Positions 10,934 through 21,781 are shown, numbered from the stretch's first letter. The stretch: DNA of 64,000 nt from Aureliella sp. (GCA_963691875.1 OY829846.1:320001-384000); one strand, 5' to 3'. Translations and numbers: made by a program. Notes: a model not told the origin generated them from the letters alone.

Positions 10934-11719
10934 CTAGCTCCCTCGCTCGCGCCGACGCATCGCTTCGCCGACTTCTTCTAGTAATGTAAGCTTACCGCCG
11001 TAAGTTTTTTGCAAGTTTGCTTCCGTGAAGACTTCCGAAGTAGGACCGCTAGCTACCAGTCGCAGGTTGAGCAAAATGAGTCGGTCAAAGTACTCGGGGA
11101 CAGAGTGTAAATCATGATGCACGACGATGATTGTCTTGCCTTGTCGTCTTAGTTCTCGCAACAATGTGATGATGGCTCGCTCGGTAGCAGCATCGACGGC
11201 TGCAAAAGGCTCATCCATAAAATATAGGTCAGCATCTTGTACCAGAGACCGGGCCAGGAAAGTCCGTTGTTGCTGACCGCCTGAGAGCTGGCTGATTTGT
11301 CGGTGCGCGAGGTGTTCAATCTCCATCTTGCGCAGTGCGTCCGTTGCGGACTGTCGCTGCCGCGTTCCCGCACGACGAAACCAACCGAGTTTGCCGTAGG
11401 TTCCCATCATGACGACGTCCAATGCCGTAGCCGGAAAGTCCCAGTCCACGGTTTCGCGTTGAGGCACATAAGCGACACGGCGACGATTGGCCGCGTAATT
11501 TTCTCCATAGACTGTGACTTCGCCGGAAATGCGCGGCACCATGCCCACGACGGCTTTAAGCAGCGTGCTCTTTCCTGCTCCATTCGGTCCAACCAGCCCG
11601 ACAAGACTGCCTGAGGGAACCTCAAGCGAGACATTCCAGAGTACAGGCTTGCGATGGTAGGCAACTGTTAGGTCGCGGATCGATAGCGGGATGGTTGCAT
11701 CGCTGCTCAAAAAGCTCAC
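10934..11719 (-). CDS. Mn/Zn ABC transporter ATP-binding protein (MntB/TroB-like)
   Basis: Walker A GPNGAGKS, YVPQR..VDWDFP, LSGGQQQR, MDEPF, VHHDL. Confidence 0.95.
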   Translation of the reverse strand: MSFLSSDATIPLSIRDLTVAYHRKPVLWNVSLEVPSGSLVGLVGPNGAGKSTLLKAVVGMVPRISGEVTVYGENYAANRRRVAYVPQRETVDWDFPATALDVVMMGTYGKLGWFRRAGTRQRQSATDALRKMEIEHLAHRQISQLSGGQQQRTFLARSLVQDADLYFMDEPFAAVDAATERAIITLLRELRRQGKTIIVVHHDLHSVPEYFDRLILLNLRLVASGPTSEVFTEANLQKTYGGKLTLLEEVGEAMRRRERGS

Positions 11720-12813
11720 TCCTTCAGTGCCGACTGCTGCTGCGAATTCTCCGCCTCTGCCGCTGCCGGTGAGATCGCCTCGATTTGGGAATTAAAGTAG
11801 TCCTCAAAACCACCCTGGGGGACGGTGTTGCTTCCTAGAGCTTTTGCGATGGTGGTGAGATTGTGATCCATCATTCCAATGTAAGTGCCTTCGTAGGTAC
11901 CGGATTCGCCCATCGCGTCGGAATAAAGCTGTCCGCCTATCACCACTTCGTGCCCTTGCTGAGCAGCACCTTCTAGTAATGATTCGATCGACTCTTTGGA
12001 AACACTACTTTCAATAAAGACTGCGGCAACTTTTTTCTCAACTAGCATTTTTACCAGATCGTTGATGCGTTTCAGGCCCGCTTCAGATTCCGTCGAAATT
12101 CCTTGGACTGCTTGCACATCGAGTCCGTAGGCCCTTCCGAAGTAGCGAAAAGCATCGTGCGAAGTGACTAGAACTCGCTGCCCGTCCGGCACACCAGCCA
12201 TGACGACTTTTCCATATTCGTGCAGAAGCGTCAGTTTGCTCTCTAGATGCGATGCATTGTTGACGTACTCCGTTGAATGTTCAGGATCAAAAATGCACAG
12301 CTTTTCGGTAAGCGACAGCGCCGCGAGACGCCACAGATTTGCATCCATCCAAACATGCGGATCTGGATGACTATTCGAGTCGGGATCGTACTGCAACGAC
12401 GATCTGGGTAACAATTCGCCAACTGGAATGGCTGGACGCTGCGGAGAGTCCTTCAAAACCTCCGACATTTTGCCTTCAAGCATCAATCCGTTGTAGAGAA
12501 CAAGCTTGGCAGAGAGGATCGCGGCTGCGTCGTCCCGAGTTGCCGTGTAGAGGTGCGGGTCCACGCCAGGCCCCATCAGTTGCTCGATCTCGAAGTGCTC
12601 GCCGCCAACGATGCGCAGAAGATCGGCAACCATACCAACGGTCACCGTGGACTGAATTGGGAGTTCACCCTCGTATGGTTTGATCTGGATCGACGTTCTC
12701 GGCTCGTCTGGATGCCCGATGTCACTGTTGTCGCAGCCGAGCAGTGTCACGATAAGAACGCTGGTCGGCAGCAGGATCAAGAAGGAAACGCGAGTAAGGA
12801 ACTGTGTTGGCAT
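11716..12813 (-). CDS. Mn/Zn ABC transporter substrate-binding lipoprotein (MntA/TroA-like)
   Basis: Lipobox LLGC; GVDPHLY, DPHVWMD, TSHDAFRYFG and LYSDAMG metal-ligand motifs. Confidence 0.93.
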   Translation of the reverse strand: MPTQFLTRVSFLILLPTSVLIVTLLGCDNSDIGHPDEPRTSIQIKPYEGELPIQSTVTVGMVADLLRIVGGEHFEIEQLMGPGVDPHLYTATRDDAAAILSAKLVLYNGLMLEGKMSEVLKDSPQRPAIPVGELLPRSSLQYDPDSNSHPDPHVWMDANLWRLAALSLTEKLCIFDPEHSTEYVNNASHLESKLTLLHEYGKVVMAGVPDGQRVLVTSHDAFRYFGRAYGLDVQAVQGISTESEAGLKRINDLVKMLVEKKVAAVFIESSVSKESIESLLEGAAQQGHEVVIGGQLYSDAMGESGTYEGTYIGMMDHNLTTIAKALGSNTVPQGGFEDYFNSQIEAISPAAAEAENSQQQSALKE

Positions 12814-12822
12814 GAAAACCGC

Positions 12823-12850
12823 TTTGTAGAAGTTTAGCCTTGGCTACAAA
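12823..12850. promoter_or_regulatory. Candidate DtxR/MntR-family metal-repressor operator
   Basis: Dyad TAGCC-TT-GGCTA (12835-12846), overlapping a second dyad TTTGTAG...CTACAAA (12823-12850), just upstream of the transporter start codon at 12813. Confidence 0.55.
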
Positions 12851-13303
12851 TTTCCCTTAATTGTAGTTGTTGAGTCGTTTTTGAGGAGTGCTAAATTCGT
12901 GGCGGTTCAACAAAGGTGGGATAAGCTAATGCAAAAACATGCTTCTCGCTGCGTTGCTGAATCCCAGCGGGATAGCTCATCGAGTGGCAAGATGAGATGC
13001 GTTCTCAATGCTTCGAAGCCCGATTCGAGATGGCCGCCTCCGAAGCCTCGCGAGCCATCTAGCTTGCCAAGATTCACAGTACCGTCAAGGTGCTTTGCTA
13101 ACAGGTCGAAAGATGGTGAATTTCAAGGCAAATTGGCGGCATGTTCGGGCGAAATGGGGCGAAGACACTTCTCAGAAGGTCGTCCTGAAACTACCTTATG
13201 TGGCTTTATCGGGCGTAACGGCGTTTCGTTGCTGGCTGTGGTAGTGAATTGATCACTCTGGCCAGATGCCTAACTTCCTCGACTTTATTCTCTTTAGAGT
13301 TTC

Positions 13304-14503
13304 ATGAGCAAAAGTTTCATCTTCTCGTCCGAGTCGGTCACCGAAGGACACCCAGACAAGACCTGTGACACGATCTCAGATGCCGTCCTGGACGCATGCT
13401 TGGCCCAAGACCCCCATTCTCGTGTCGCTTGCGAGACGATGGTGAAGGATAACGCGGTCATTTTGGGCGGTGAGATCACAACTGCTGCTGATTTTGACTA
13501 CCAAGAAGTTGTCAAAAATGCTCTTGTTGAGATCAACTACGATTCGAAGTACGCCGAGGGCACTGACTATAGCTATACCTGTAAGTTTGACGCCCAAAAC
13601 TTCTTCTTTTCAAATTTCCTTGGTCAGCAATCGCCAGACATTGCACAAGGTGTCGATGCGGCAGCTGCTGCGGACAAAGAAACTGCTGAGCAAGGAGCTG
13701 GCGACCAAGGCATCATGTTTGGCTACGCCTGTGACGACACTCCTGAACTGATGCCGGCACCCGTTGCTTACTCGCACAAACTGGGCGAGGCGATCACGGA
13801 GCTGCGCAAGAGTCGCAAGCACACTTGGTTGCGTCCTGACTCGAAGACGCAGGTCTCCGTCGAATATGTCGATGGCAGGGCTTCGCGAATCACTGCAGTC
13901 GTCGTTTCCACCATGCACGCTGCCGAAATAACAACTCAAGAGATTCGTGATATCCTTAAGAAGGATCTGATCGAACAAGTCCTTCCGGCCGATTTGCTGA
14001 CCGATGACACCAAGTATCATATCAATCCAACTGGCCTCTTCATCATCGGTGGACCAGAAGGTGACTGTGGTCTGACAGGCCGCAAGATCATCGTCGACAC
14101 CTACGGCGGAATGGGACGTCATGGTGGTGGTGCTTTCTCTGGCAAGGACCCCTCCAAGGTCGATCGCTCGGCTGCATACATGTGTCGCTGGGTAGCCAAG
14201 AATATCGTGGCGGCTGGTCTCGCTTCTCGTTGCGAACTCCAAACGGCCTATGCGATTGGCTTTCCAGATCCCGTTTCGCTGACCGTCGATACCTTCGGTA
14301 CCAACACCGTTGACGAAGCGAAGATCGAGAAGGCTGTTCAAGAAGTCTTCTCCTTCAAGCCGGCTGACATCGTAAGCCAGCTTGATCTGTTACGTCCGAT
14401 TTACGGAAAGTCCACCAATTACGGTCACTTCGGTCGCGAGATTCCTGAGTTGACTTGGGAAGCCACCAACAAGGTTGAAGACCTCAAGTCGGCCGTTAGA
14501 TAG
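13304..14503 (+). CDS. metK: S-adenosylmethionine synthetase
   Basis: [53 protein letters not shown]. Confidence 0.98.
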   Translation: MSKSFIFSSESVTEGHPDKTCDTISDAVLDACLAQDPHSRVACETMVKDNAVILGGEITTAADFDYQEVVKNALVEINYDSKYAEGTDYSYTCKFDAQNFFFSNFLGQQSPDIAQGVDAAAAADKETAEQGAGDQGIMFGYACDDTPELMPAPVAYSHKLGEAITELRKSRKHTWLRPDSKTQVSVEYVDGRASRITAVVVSTMHAAEITTQEIRDILKKDLIEQVLPADLLTDDTKYHINPTGLFIIGGPEGDCGLTGRKIIVDTYGGMGRHGGGAFSGKDPSKVDRSAAYMCRWVAKNIVAAGLASRCELQTAYAIGFPDPVSLTVDTFGTNTVDEAKIEKAVQEVFSFKPADIVSQLDLLRPIYGKSTNYGHFGREIPELTWEATNKVEDLKSAVR

Positions 14504-14532
14504 TTGATTGACGAATAACTCGAAACAATTCT

Positions 14533-14568
14533 CGCCCGCGTCTTTTAGAAACGCGGGCGTTTTCGTTT
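14533..14568 (+). terminator. Rho-independent terminator after metK
   Basis: Stem CGCCCGCGT / ACGCGGGCG followed by TTTTCGTTT. Confidence 0.85.
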
Positions 14569-14679
14569 CTGCAAAGAATCAGTACTTTTGCAGGGTTTTG
14601 TCTCTCACTTTCGCAAGCATCCTGTTATGATGCCACACTGACTTTCCCAAGAGCAAATTCATCCCGCCTTCCTGCTCCT

Positions 14680-14991
14680 ATGCCTCCACAGATCACTCTG
14701 GTTCTCGCCCTATTTGTTGCTTTCGTACTCTACTTAGCATGGAAAAGCTCCCCTACTGGCCGGCAAGTCACGATATTGTTTAAGCCCAACGACGATTTGG
14801 CCGTTTCGGGTATTCCCCGCGCCAAGCAATGGCGTGTCAAAGAGTTCTTCCAACAAGACATTCGTTTGACGGAGCCCGTGAAAGTTCAGGCCACTAAGAC
14901 TCAGGAAGGCCGTCTCCACCTCCGCGTTCACGGCGACATCTCCCCCGGGCTAAAACAACGCCTCCGGAATTTCTTGTACGACTTGCTTTAG
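14680..14991 (+). CDS. Small membrane-anchored protein, DUF3634-like
   Basis: N-terminal TM helix; C-terminal RLHLRVHGDISPGLKQRLRNFL resembles the DUF3634 RL...G.I....QR.RN pattern. Confidence 0.6.
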   Translation: MPPQITLVLALFVAFVLYLAWKSSPTGRQVTILFKPNDDLAVSGIPRAKQWRVKEFFQQDIRLTEPVKVQATKTQEGRLHLRVHGDISPGLKQRLRNFLYDLL

Positions 14992-15357
14992 ATCGTAAGT
15001 TTGCAATTCTCTAAGCTCCGCTTTCGCTCGGCGGTTGTGCTGCTTAGCAGTTTGAGACATTGCGGTGCTTAACTCACGCTCCCTTTCACGCAGCGTTTTT
15101 GAGGGAGAGTCAAACTATCCGGCCTGGAGAAGGTTCTGTCAGCTGGGAATTATCGCGCCATTGCTGGTGCTTCGAATCTTCTAGAGTTCCAAGCTGAACT
15201 CGAATAGGGAGGCTAGCTTTGCTCCGTCGCTTCCCGTTTCACTCGCCTAAACCGTGTTAAGACACTGAGGCCCACAAGGGAGTTCGTTGATGCTGCGCCA
15301 ACGACCTTTCCGATGGGGCGGCGGCTCGGGGAAGCTCGTCTTGTCGTTTGCGGATGG

Positions 15358-15390
15358 AAAAGAAAAGCAGGCCGATTGCTCGACCTGCTT
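15358..15390 (-). terminator. Probable terminator of the PQQ-propeller gene
   Basis: Stem AAGCAGG / CCTGCTT with an inner CGA/TCG pair; followed by a U-rich tract on the minus strand. Confidence 0.6.
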
Positions 15391-15432
15391 CGTGGGTTTT
15401 TTTGAATTGAGCAGTATTCGTTGCGTTTGAAG

Positions 15433-16713
15433 CTACTTCAGATCGTAAACCAGGATCGAGTCATTTTCTCGTAAGTACAGTTTGCCGTCTGAGATGACTG
15501 GGTGGGCCCAGCTTGGTTGGTCTTTTTCGCCAGATCCAGGTGTCTTGAATGTGCTGATCTCGGTGTAGCCTTCCGTACTTGCCTTAGCCATCGCGACGGT
15601 TCCATCTTGATAGCGAACGTATAGATTTCCATCCGCAGAGATGACTGAGGCTGAGCGTTGCCCAGCCCCACGCTCCTCCCATAGAACGTTGCCCGTTGCC
15701 ATCTCAGCGCAGTAGACGACGTTCTTGTCTTCACGGCCACCATAGATGTGTCCGTCCAGCAAAATAACACCGCCGTGCTTGTTACCGAGGCTCGTATTTG
15801 GCCCGTAGATCTCTTGAACGGAAACACTCCCTGAAGCTGTCAATTCTTGCTTCACCAGAGCCGCGCCCAAGCCGTAGCCAGCAACACTGAACACGTAGTC
15901 GCCACTGATAATTGGAGTGGGAATAAATGCGGTCGGGGGCTTCATGTCATAATCCCAGAGAAGCTTTCCAGTGCTGGGATCAATTCCCATCGGGCCCATG
16001 CCTGTGTTCTGTACATAGACTTTCTTGCCGCCTACGTTTGAGATCACCACGCATGAGTGGCCAGCGCCAACATCGTCAGGTCGAACACAGGTCCAAACGG
16101 TCTCGCCCGTTCTTTTGTTCAAAGCAACCACAGTCGACTTTGGGCCACCTGGTGTGCAGATCAGCAGATCGCCGTCGATGAGTGGCGATTCGCTGTAGCC
16201 CCAACTGTCCTTCTTCTTGCCGCCGAAGTCCTCTTTAAAGTCCTTTTGCCACTGGACGGATCCGTCTGATGTCTTTGCACAAAAGAGTTTTCCGAATGGA
16301 CTGACAACGTAAACCATGTCTCCATCCACGGTGGGTGTAGCGCGAGAACCGTTCCAGGATTTCTGCCGGTGCTTGTCCCAGGGTGACCCTGTCTTCAATG
16401 TCCAAATTTGCTTACCGCTCGAGAGGTCAAAACAGCTTAGATACTCTTCTTGGTCTTGCTTGGTGCTAAGTCCGTTGCCGAGCGTGTACATCCGCCCGTC
16501 GGCAATAGCGGGACTCGCGTAACCCAGGCCTGCTCCTTTTGCCTCGAGCAACAACTTCGGGCCATCACTGGGCCAGGAGTCAGCCAGTCCAGTTTCGTTA
16601 GAAACCGCCGTGCGATCGGCACCTCGGAAAGTAGGCCAGTCTGCCGAGAAACAACGATCACCGAATATCGTGATCAAGGACAGAAGTAATAGAAGCGATT
16701 TTCGATTGTTCAT
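15433..16713 (-). CDS. Secreted PQQ-like beta-propeller repeat protein (BamB-like, planctomycete type)
   Basis: Signal peptide, ADWPTFRG, repeated SP...G and G..W blades, C-terminal WAHPVISDGKLYLR. Confidence 0.9.
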   Translation of the reverse strand: MNNRKSLLLLLSLITIFGDRCFSADWPTFRGADRTAVSNETGLADSWPSDGPKLLLEAKGAGLGYASPAIADGRMYTLGNGLSTKQDQEEYLSCFDLSSGKQIWTLKTGSPWDKHRQKSWNGSRATPTVDGDMVYVVSPFGKLFCAKTSDGSVQWQKDFKEDFGGKKKDSWGYSESPLIDGDLLICTPGGPKSTVVALNKRTGETVWTCVRPDDVGAGHSCVVISNVGGKKVYVQNTGMGPMGIDPSTGKLLWDYDMKPPTAFIPTPIISGDYVFSVAGYGLGAALVKQELTASGSVSVQEIYGPNTSLGNKHGGVILLDGHIYGGREDKNVVYCAEMATGNVLWEERGAGQRSASVISADGNLYVRYQDGTVAMAKASTEGYTEISTFKTPGSGEKDQPSWAHPVISDGKLYLRENDSILVYDLK

Positions 16714-16995
16714 AGAACTTTACTTGTTAATTCAGGCATAAGAAATCGAAGATATTCGTGCCGCGTAGACCAATTGCGATCGATTGACGCAACGCGGTTT
16801 CTGCGGGTTCATTCTGCGCGAAATGGAAGCACGATGCGACGGGGGATCTAACCGTCTTTCAAGAAACTTGGAAAATTGCGAACTGACATCAATTGGGCTA
16901 CGATATTGGCCTTTGCTCACAGGCCTCATCGCTGTTCGCATCTTGGCGATCGATGCTTTGTCACTCATCATAAATCACTTCTCGGAAGTTCGAAC

Positions 16996-18024
16996 ATGAG
17001 ACGTCTACAATCTTTCCTGTTCTTCAGTTTCCTTCTGTTCGCCGAAGGCAACCTACAGGCTCAGTCGCCTGCGGGAACCTGGAAATGGTCCACCGATATG
17101 CAGGGCCAGACTATCAACAGCGTTTTGCACCTAGAGGTCGATGGAGAGAAAGTAACCGGAACTTACTCCGACCAGAACATCGAAGAGAAAATCGAAGACG
17201 GGGCGCTCAAGGATGGCAAAGTTAGCTTTAACATGATTACCGAAGTGAACGGGACGGACATTTACGTTGAATGGGAAGGGCAAGTCGGAAAGGACGCCAT
17301 CGAAGGCACCGTCGCCTTGGAAGCCGGCGGACAAAAGATGGACGGAGTCGAATGGAAAGCGAAGAGATATATCGGGACGTCTGAAGTAGCAGGGACTTGG
17401 AATTTTGTTTTCACGGCAGCTGATGGCAACGAGTACAAGCCTGTGCTGACGGTGGTCGAAAAGAGCGGCAAGCTCTCGGCAAAATTCGTCGGCGATGACG
17501 ATGAGGAAGTCAAAGTCGAGAACTTGAAACTTGTCGACAATACTCTGACATTTGATCTCACACTCGATTACAACGGCAGCGAATTGGATTTGACCTACAA
17601 TTGCAAGCCACGTGGAAACGAAATCACGGGAACGATCGATTTCAGTGTGGGTGGAAACACAGGGGATTTCGAAATTAAGGCATCGCGCAAGGTGCTCGCT
17701 AAATCCCTTGTGCCACTTCTCGGTAGTTGGGACTTCACAATGGTCACGCCTGATGGAGTGACCGTGACGCCTGTGATGACACTTTCGGATAACGCTGGTG
17801 AGCTAGCAGTCAAGCTGGTAAATGATGGTGAGTCTTACGAGCTTGAGAACGTTTCCGTGAAAGATGGCGAACTGTCTTTCGAATTTACAACCGATCACGA
17901 CGGAAACGAGATCGACCTCACCTGGAAGAGCAAGTTGGCGGGCAAAGATGCAATGAAAGGTACTGTAGAGTTTGATATTGGCGGCGAGTCAGGAGTGATT
18001 GTGTCGAGCGGCAAGCGTCAGTAA
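16996..18024 (+). CDS. Secreted protein of three tandem ~105-aa beta-strand-rich domains
   Basis: Signal peptide MRRLQSFLFFSFLLFAEGNLQA; repeats begin AGTWKW, AGTWNF and LGSWDF and each ends near GT(V/I). Confidence 0.75.
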   Translation: MRRLQSFLFFSFLLFAEGNLQAQSPAGTWKWSTDMQGQTINSVLHLEVDGEKVTGTYSDQNIEEKIEDGALKDGKVSFNMITEVNGTDIYVEWEGQVGKDAIEGTVALEAGGQKMDGVEWKAKRYIGTSEVAGTWNFVFTAADGNEYKPVLTVVEKSGKLSAKFVGDDDEEVKVENLKLVDNTLTFDLTLDYNGSELDLTYNCKPRGNEITGTIDFSVGGNTGDFEIKASRKVLAKSLVPLLGSWDFTMVTPDGVTVTPVMTLSDNAGELAVKLVNDGESYELENVSVKDGELSFEFTTDHDGNEIDLTWKSKLAGKDAMKGTVEFDIGGESGVIVSSGKRQ

Positions 18025-18156
18025 TTCGGCAGCGGGATTGGCAGAATGTATCTAAATTGCTCCATTTTAGCCGTCCCGTATTTGCGTCTGCTCTTTAAAC
18101 TGCTTCATGCGTGACTGTACCTGCAGTCACGCAATTTTCTTTCAGGCATTCAGCCC

Positions 18157-19242
18157 ATGTTTGCACGCTTCGTATTTACAGCCATTGTCAGCTTCACATT
18201 CGCTCCCTCCGCTATTTTTGCCCAAGCTGAGAATGTGATCTTGATAACTCTAGATGGACTGCGGCCCGAGGAGGTTTTCGGTGGTGCGGATGAGCGTTTG
18301 ATGTTGCCGAATCTTGGCGTGAAGGACAAGAACGCTTGTATCGCAGAGTATGGTGGAGAGACGGGGGAAGTTTGCAGGCGTAAGTTGTTGCCTTTTCTCT
18401 GGAGTCGCGTCGAGAAAGGCAAAGCTTGGATTGCTGGTGATGTTCAACTTGATAGCGAATGCTTGGTTACCAACGGAAAGTATTTTTCCTATCCCGGATA
18501 CAGTGAACTGCTCTGTGGTTTCGCCGACGATCGCATCAACTCCAACGCGAAGAAGAACAATGAGAACAGGACAGTCCTTGAGTTTTTAAACGATCAACCA
18601 GAGCTGATTGGTTCAGTGAATGCATTCTGCTCTTGGGATGTCTTTCCTTACATCATCAACCAAGGTCGAAGCGGCATCGTCGTTAACGCAGGCTGGATGC
18701 CGCTAACCGTTGGCGATCCGAACCGATTAGATGTACTTAACAACGCGGCTGACAACTTGTTTCATGAATGGGAAGGAGTACGCTACGACGTTTTTACGGC
18801 CTCTGGAGCAATGGAGTGCATGAGATCGGACTCGCCTCGAGTGCTGTATGTCTCGCTTGGTGAAACAGACGACTGGGCACACGCTGGCCGCTATGACCGA
18901 TACTTGCTCACCGCAAGGCAAAACGACAATTTGATCAAGCAGATTTGGTTACAGGCTCAAAGTCTGAAGCAGTATCGCGACAAGACCGCTTTCGTCATCA
19001 CGACTGATCACGGCCGAGGCGATGGTCGTGAGGGCTGGAAGGATCATGGCAAACATCTACCTGGCTCTGAATACATTTGGATCGCAGCCTTTGGAGCTGG
19101 CGTCTCGAAATCTGGCATCGATAAAGGCGGGGAATTCAAGCAGTCGCAGATCGCCGCTACGCTTGCTAAGCTTATAGGCTATGACTTTCACGAAGCCGAC
19201 GACAAGGTTGCAAAACCCCTGCCGATCTGTGAAGCGGATTGA
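18157..19242 (+). CDS. Alkaline phosphatase superfamily (iPGM/NPP-like) secreted protein
   Basis: NVILITLDGLR, FSYPGYSE, GETDDWAH and ITTDHGRG metal-binding motifs. Confidence 0.85.
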   Translation: MFARFVFTAIVSFTFAPSAIFAQAENVILITLDGLRPEEVFGGADERLMLPNLGVKDKNACIAEYGGETGEVCRRKLLPFLWSRVEKGKAWIAGDVQLDSECLVTNGKYFSYPGYSELLCGFADDRINSNAKKNNENRTVLEFLNDQPELIGSVNAFCSWDVFPYIINQGRSGIVVNAGWMPLTVGDPNRLDVLNNAADNLFHEWEGVRYDVFTASGAMECMRSDSPRVLYVSLGETDDWAHAGRYDRYLLTARQNDNLIKQIWLQAQSLKQYRDKTAFVITTDHGRGDGREGWKDHGKHLPGSEYIWIAAFGAGVSKSGIDKGGEFKQSQIAATLAKLIGYDFHEADDKVAKPLPICEAD

Positions 19243-19425
19243 TTCTGCCTGAATTTAGACTTGTTCTCAGGCTCGGAGCGGAGTCTCTGGAAAAGTAGCG
19301 GTGATCCTTTCTCCTGATTGCGATTGAAGAGACGCGGCAGTTCGCATCCCAGCTTCGAATCTTCCTTTCCGCCAAGCACGTTCTGACAAGATGTCTGGTA
19401 CGGCTTCGGAGAAGACTTCGGTGTT

Positions 19426-20154
19426 TTAACTGCCGTCGCTCTTGCTTGAGATTGCTTCCGCCACTCGGGGCGAAACACTTCGATCGAGTGCATCAGGAAG
19501 GATCCGTTCGGCTGTGGGTTTGGAAACGCAGCGAGCTAAGGCTCGGGCGGCTGCCAATTTCATCTCTTCTGTGATTCTCGAAATCCCGGCGTCGAGTGCC
19601 CCACGGAAAATGCCGGGAAAAGTAAGCACATTGTTGACTTGGTTGGGGAAGTCGCTGTGCCCCGTCCAGATGATAGCCGCGCCTCCGCTAAATGCCTCAT
19701 CAGGCATAATCTCCGGAATCGGGTTCGCCATCGCAAGGATAGTGGGACCCTCGGACATCATCCGCACATCGCCAGCATTGATGAGATTTCCCTTGCTAAC
19801 ACCAATGAATAGGTAGGCGTCCAGGAGTGCTTCATTCAGGCCTCCAGCTCGATTGTTGCGATTGGTGTAGGAAAGAAGTTCTTGCTTGTACTCGGCCAAG
19901 GCCGTCCGATCACGATGAAGTTTCCCAATCCTAAAACTGCGGATCCATCACTCACGACTGCTACTGAGTTTCCCTTCATTGTCAGCTCTTGAACGCGCGG
20001 TTTTCCCTTGAATGACTTCGCAGGGCCTTGCCACACCAGGCGTATAAGCGAGTGAGAGGTCATCACGACTATTCACTGGCACTTTGCGGTAGAGAGCGAT
20101 CTTGCCACGGAGTTGTTCGTGGACAATCAGGCTGCGTTCAAAGAAATCAGACAT
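19426..20154 (-). pseudogene. NAD(P)-dependent malic enzyme pseudogene (frameshifts plus a large internal deletion)
   Basis: Fragments DDLSLAYTPGVARPC, VAVVSDGSAVLGLGN, FIGVS, LAMANPIPEI and SDFPNQVNNVLTFPGIFRGALD lie in three ORFs; the central DDQHG and GAGAAG region is absent. Confidence 0.9.
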
Positions 20155-21032
20155 CGTTCATGGTTCTGTGATTGGAGAGTAGCATGGGGCTATTCTTACC
20201 GTTTTCCACTGGGAATGCTCTCTGCGGAAAGCCTTTCGGCATTGATTGTTGCTGAGAAAGACATGACCGTGATTGGAATTCAGAGTTGCTCTGTCAACGG
20301 TGTGCGTCGCCCAGATCCCACCATTTCTCATGCCAAAGAACTTTGGCGTCAGGACGCCGCTGTCGGCTTGCCTCGATAATGTCGTTTCGCAAGCCGTATC
20401 CTTGGTATCTGTCTTGACGGGCCAGCTAAGCGCCTAGACGCCCGAACCCCCCACCAATCCAGCTACCAATTAGCAGATGCGATATCCGGGCTAGGGTTGG
20501 TCTGAACCATAAAAACACTAGCCCGCAGCTAGCGTCGTTTGCCGTCACATTAAAGCTCTATACCGCCCAGCCGAGCGGAAATTGCGGCGGTAGCAGAATC
20601 AACGCTATATTATCGCTCAAGTTTGAGCATTTGTAGAACTGGTGAACATTGTTCTAAGCTGGCAGCTTGGTATGCCGAGGCGTGAGTTTTTAATTGGCAT
20701 TACTTGAAGCCTGGAACTAGTTTTGCACTTCGGGAGAGTCGCAACGGGCAACCACGCTTCGTGGGGCGGCGAGCAGAGGCAGGCGGATTCAGCCCTCCCC
20801 TGCGGCGTTACTTCCGACCCTACCGCTTGCGAGGTTAAGTTTGGAAGATCGCGACTTCATAACGCGTGAGCGAGTTGCAGCGAAAAACCTATTGCGTACG
20901 CCTCGGGTTACCCTCACCATTAGTTTACGCAATGTGAATGTCTGATTCGCCCTGGGTGAGTCGGTGAAACAAGTGCTTAGAACGCAATCGGATAATCGTT
21001 GCCCCATTCAATAATGAAGGATTGCCGTAGTA

Positions 21033-21632
21033 ATGGATCTAACGGAACTCGTTGCGCGTATTCGTGCCGGAAACGCAGAAGCGTTGGCAATGCTACTTGA
21101 GGCCGAACGTGAATCGTTGCTCGGATTCTTGCGTGGGATTACAGGCGACCATCTACTCAAGGTCGTTTCTTTCGAGGACTTGTATCAGGAAGTGGCCACA
21201 AGTGCATTGTCTTCGCTCGCGAGCGTTGCAAATCCAGAGTTCAATCCATCCGCTTGGCTGCGACAGCTTTGTCGAAGACGCGTGGCTGATGCGCACCGTT
21301 TTTACTATGGAGCAGAAAAAAGAGCTGCTTCACGGAGCCAAGCAATTTCAGGAGAAAACTCAACACCTGGACTGGAAGGCCTCCTCATCGCGAGCATTAC
21401 CTCCCCAAGTGAAGCTGTAAGCCGTGATATCCGACTTTCACGAGTGAAAGCCGCTCTCGATTCACTAGGCGAATCGGCATCAAAGGCAATACACATGCGT
21501 TACATCGAGAATAATCGCACCAAAGAGATCGCGGAAATTCTGGGCAAGTCGGATGTCGCAGTGCGCGTCCTCATCAGGCGAAGCTTGAGAAAGCTCGCAG
21601 AAATCGTGGAGAAACGCCCGTCATCTTCGTAA
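21033..21632 (+). CDS. ECF RNA polymerase sigma-70 factor (planctomycete-type)
   Basis: EDLYQEV region 2, WLRQLCRRRVADAHR...KR, SITSPSEAV, region 4 EIAEILGKSDVAVRVLIRR. Confidence 0.88.
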   Translation: MDLTELVARIRAGNAEALAMLLEAERESLLGFLRGITGDHLLKVVSFEDLYQEVATSALSSLASVANPEFNPSAWLRQLCRRRVADAHRFYYGAEKRAASRSQAISGENSTPGLEGLLIASITSPSEAVSRDIRLSRVKAALDSLGESASKAIHMRYIENNRTKEIAEILGKSDVAVRVLIRRSLRKLAEIVEKRPSSS

Positions 21633-21781
21633 GAAAAGAGCGGCTTGAATCGCAAGTTGCCGGTTCGTCTGATTCGACGGTTCAATAACTCTTCAATTCT
21701 CGAGTAACACTTTTCGTGGAACCCCGCTGAGGTAAGTGGCTTGAAAGCACTACTTAACTTCTGATTTATTGGGGAAAATCG

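Noticed and set aside
12860..13303. SAM riboswitch upstream of metK (CTCATCGAG...GATGAG looks like a SAM-I P1)
   Set aside because: The two halves are only a few bases apart, leaving no room for the P2-P4 core, and I found no SAM-II or SAM-V pattern. An Rfam scan would settle it.
13610..14341. Long antisense ORFs (here, and for example 31259-31978, 47324-48825, 55766-56440)
   Set aside because: Shadow frames opposite well-supported genes.
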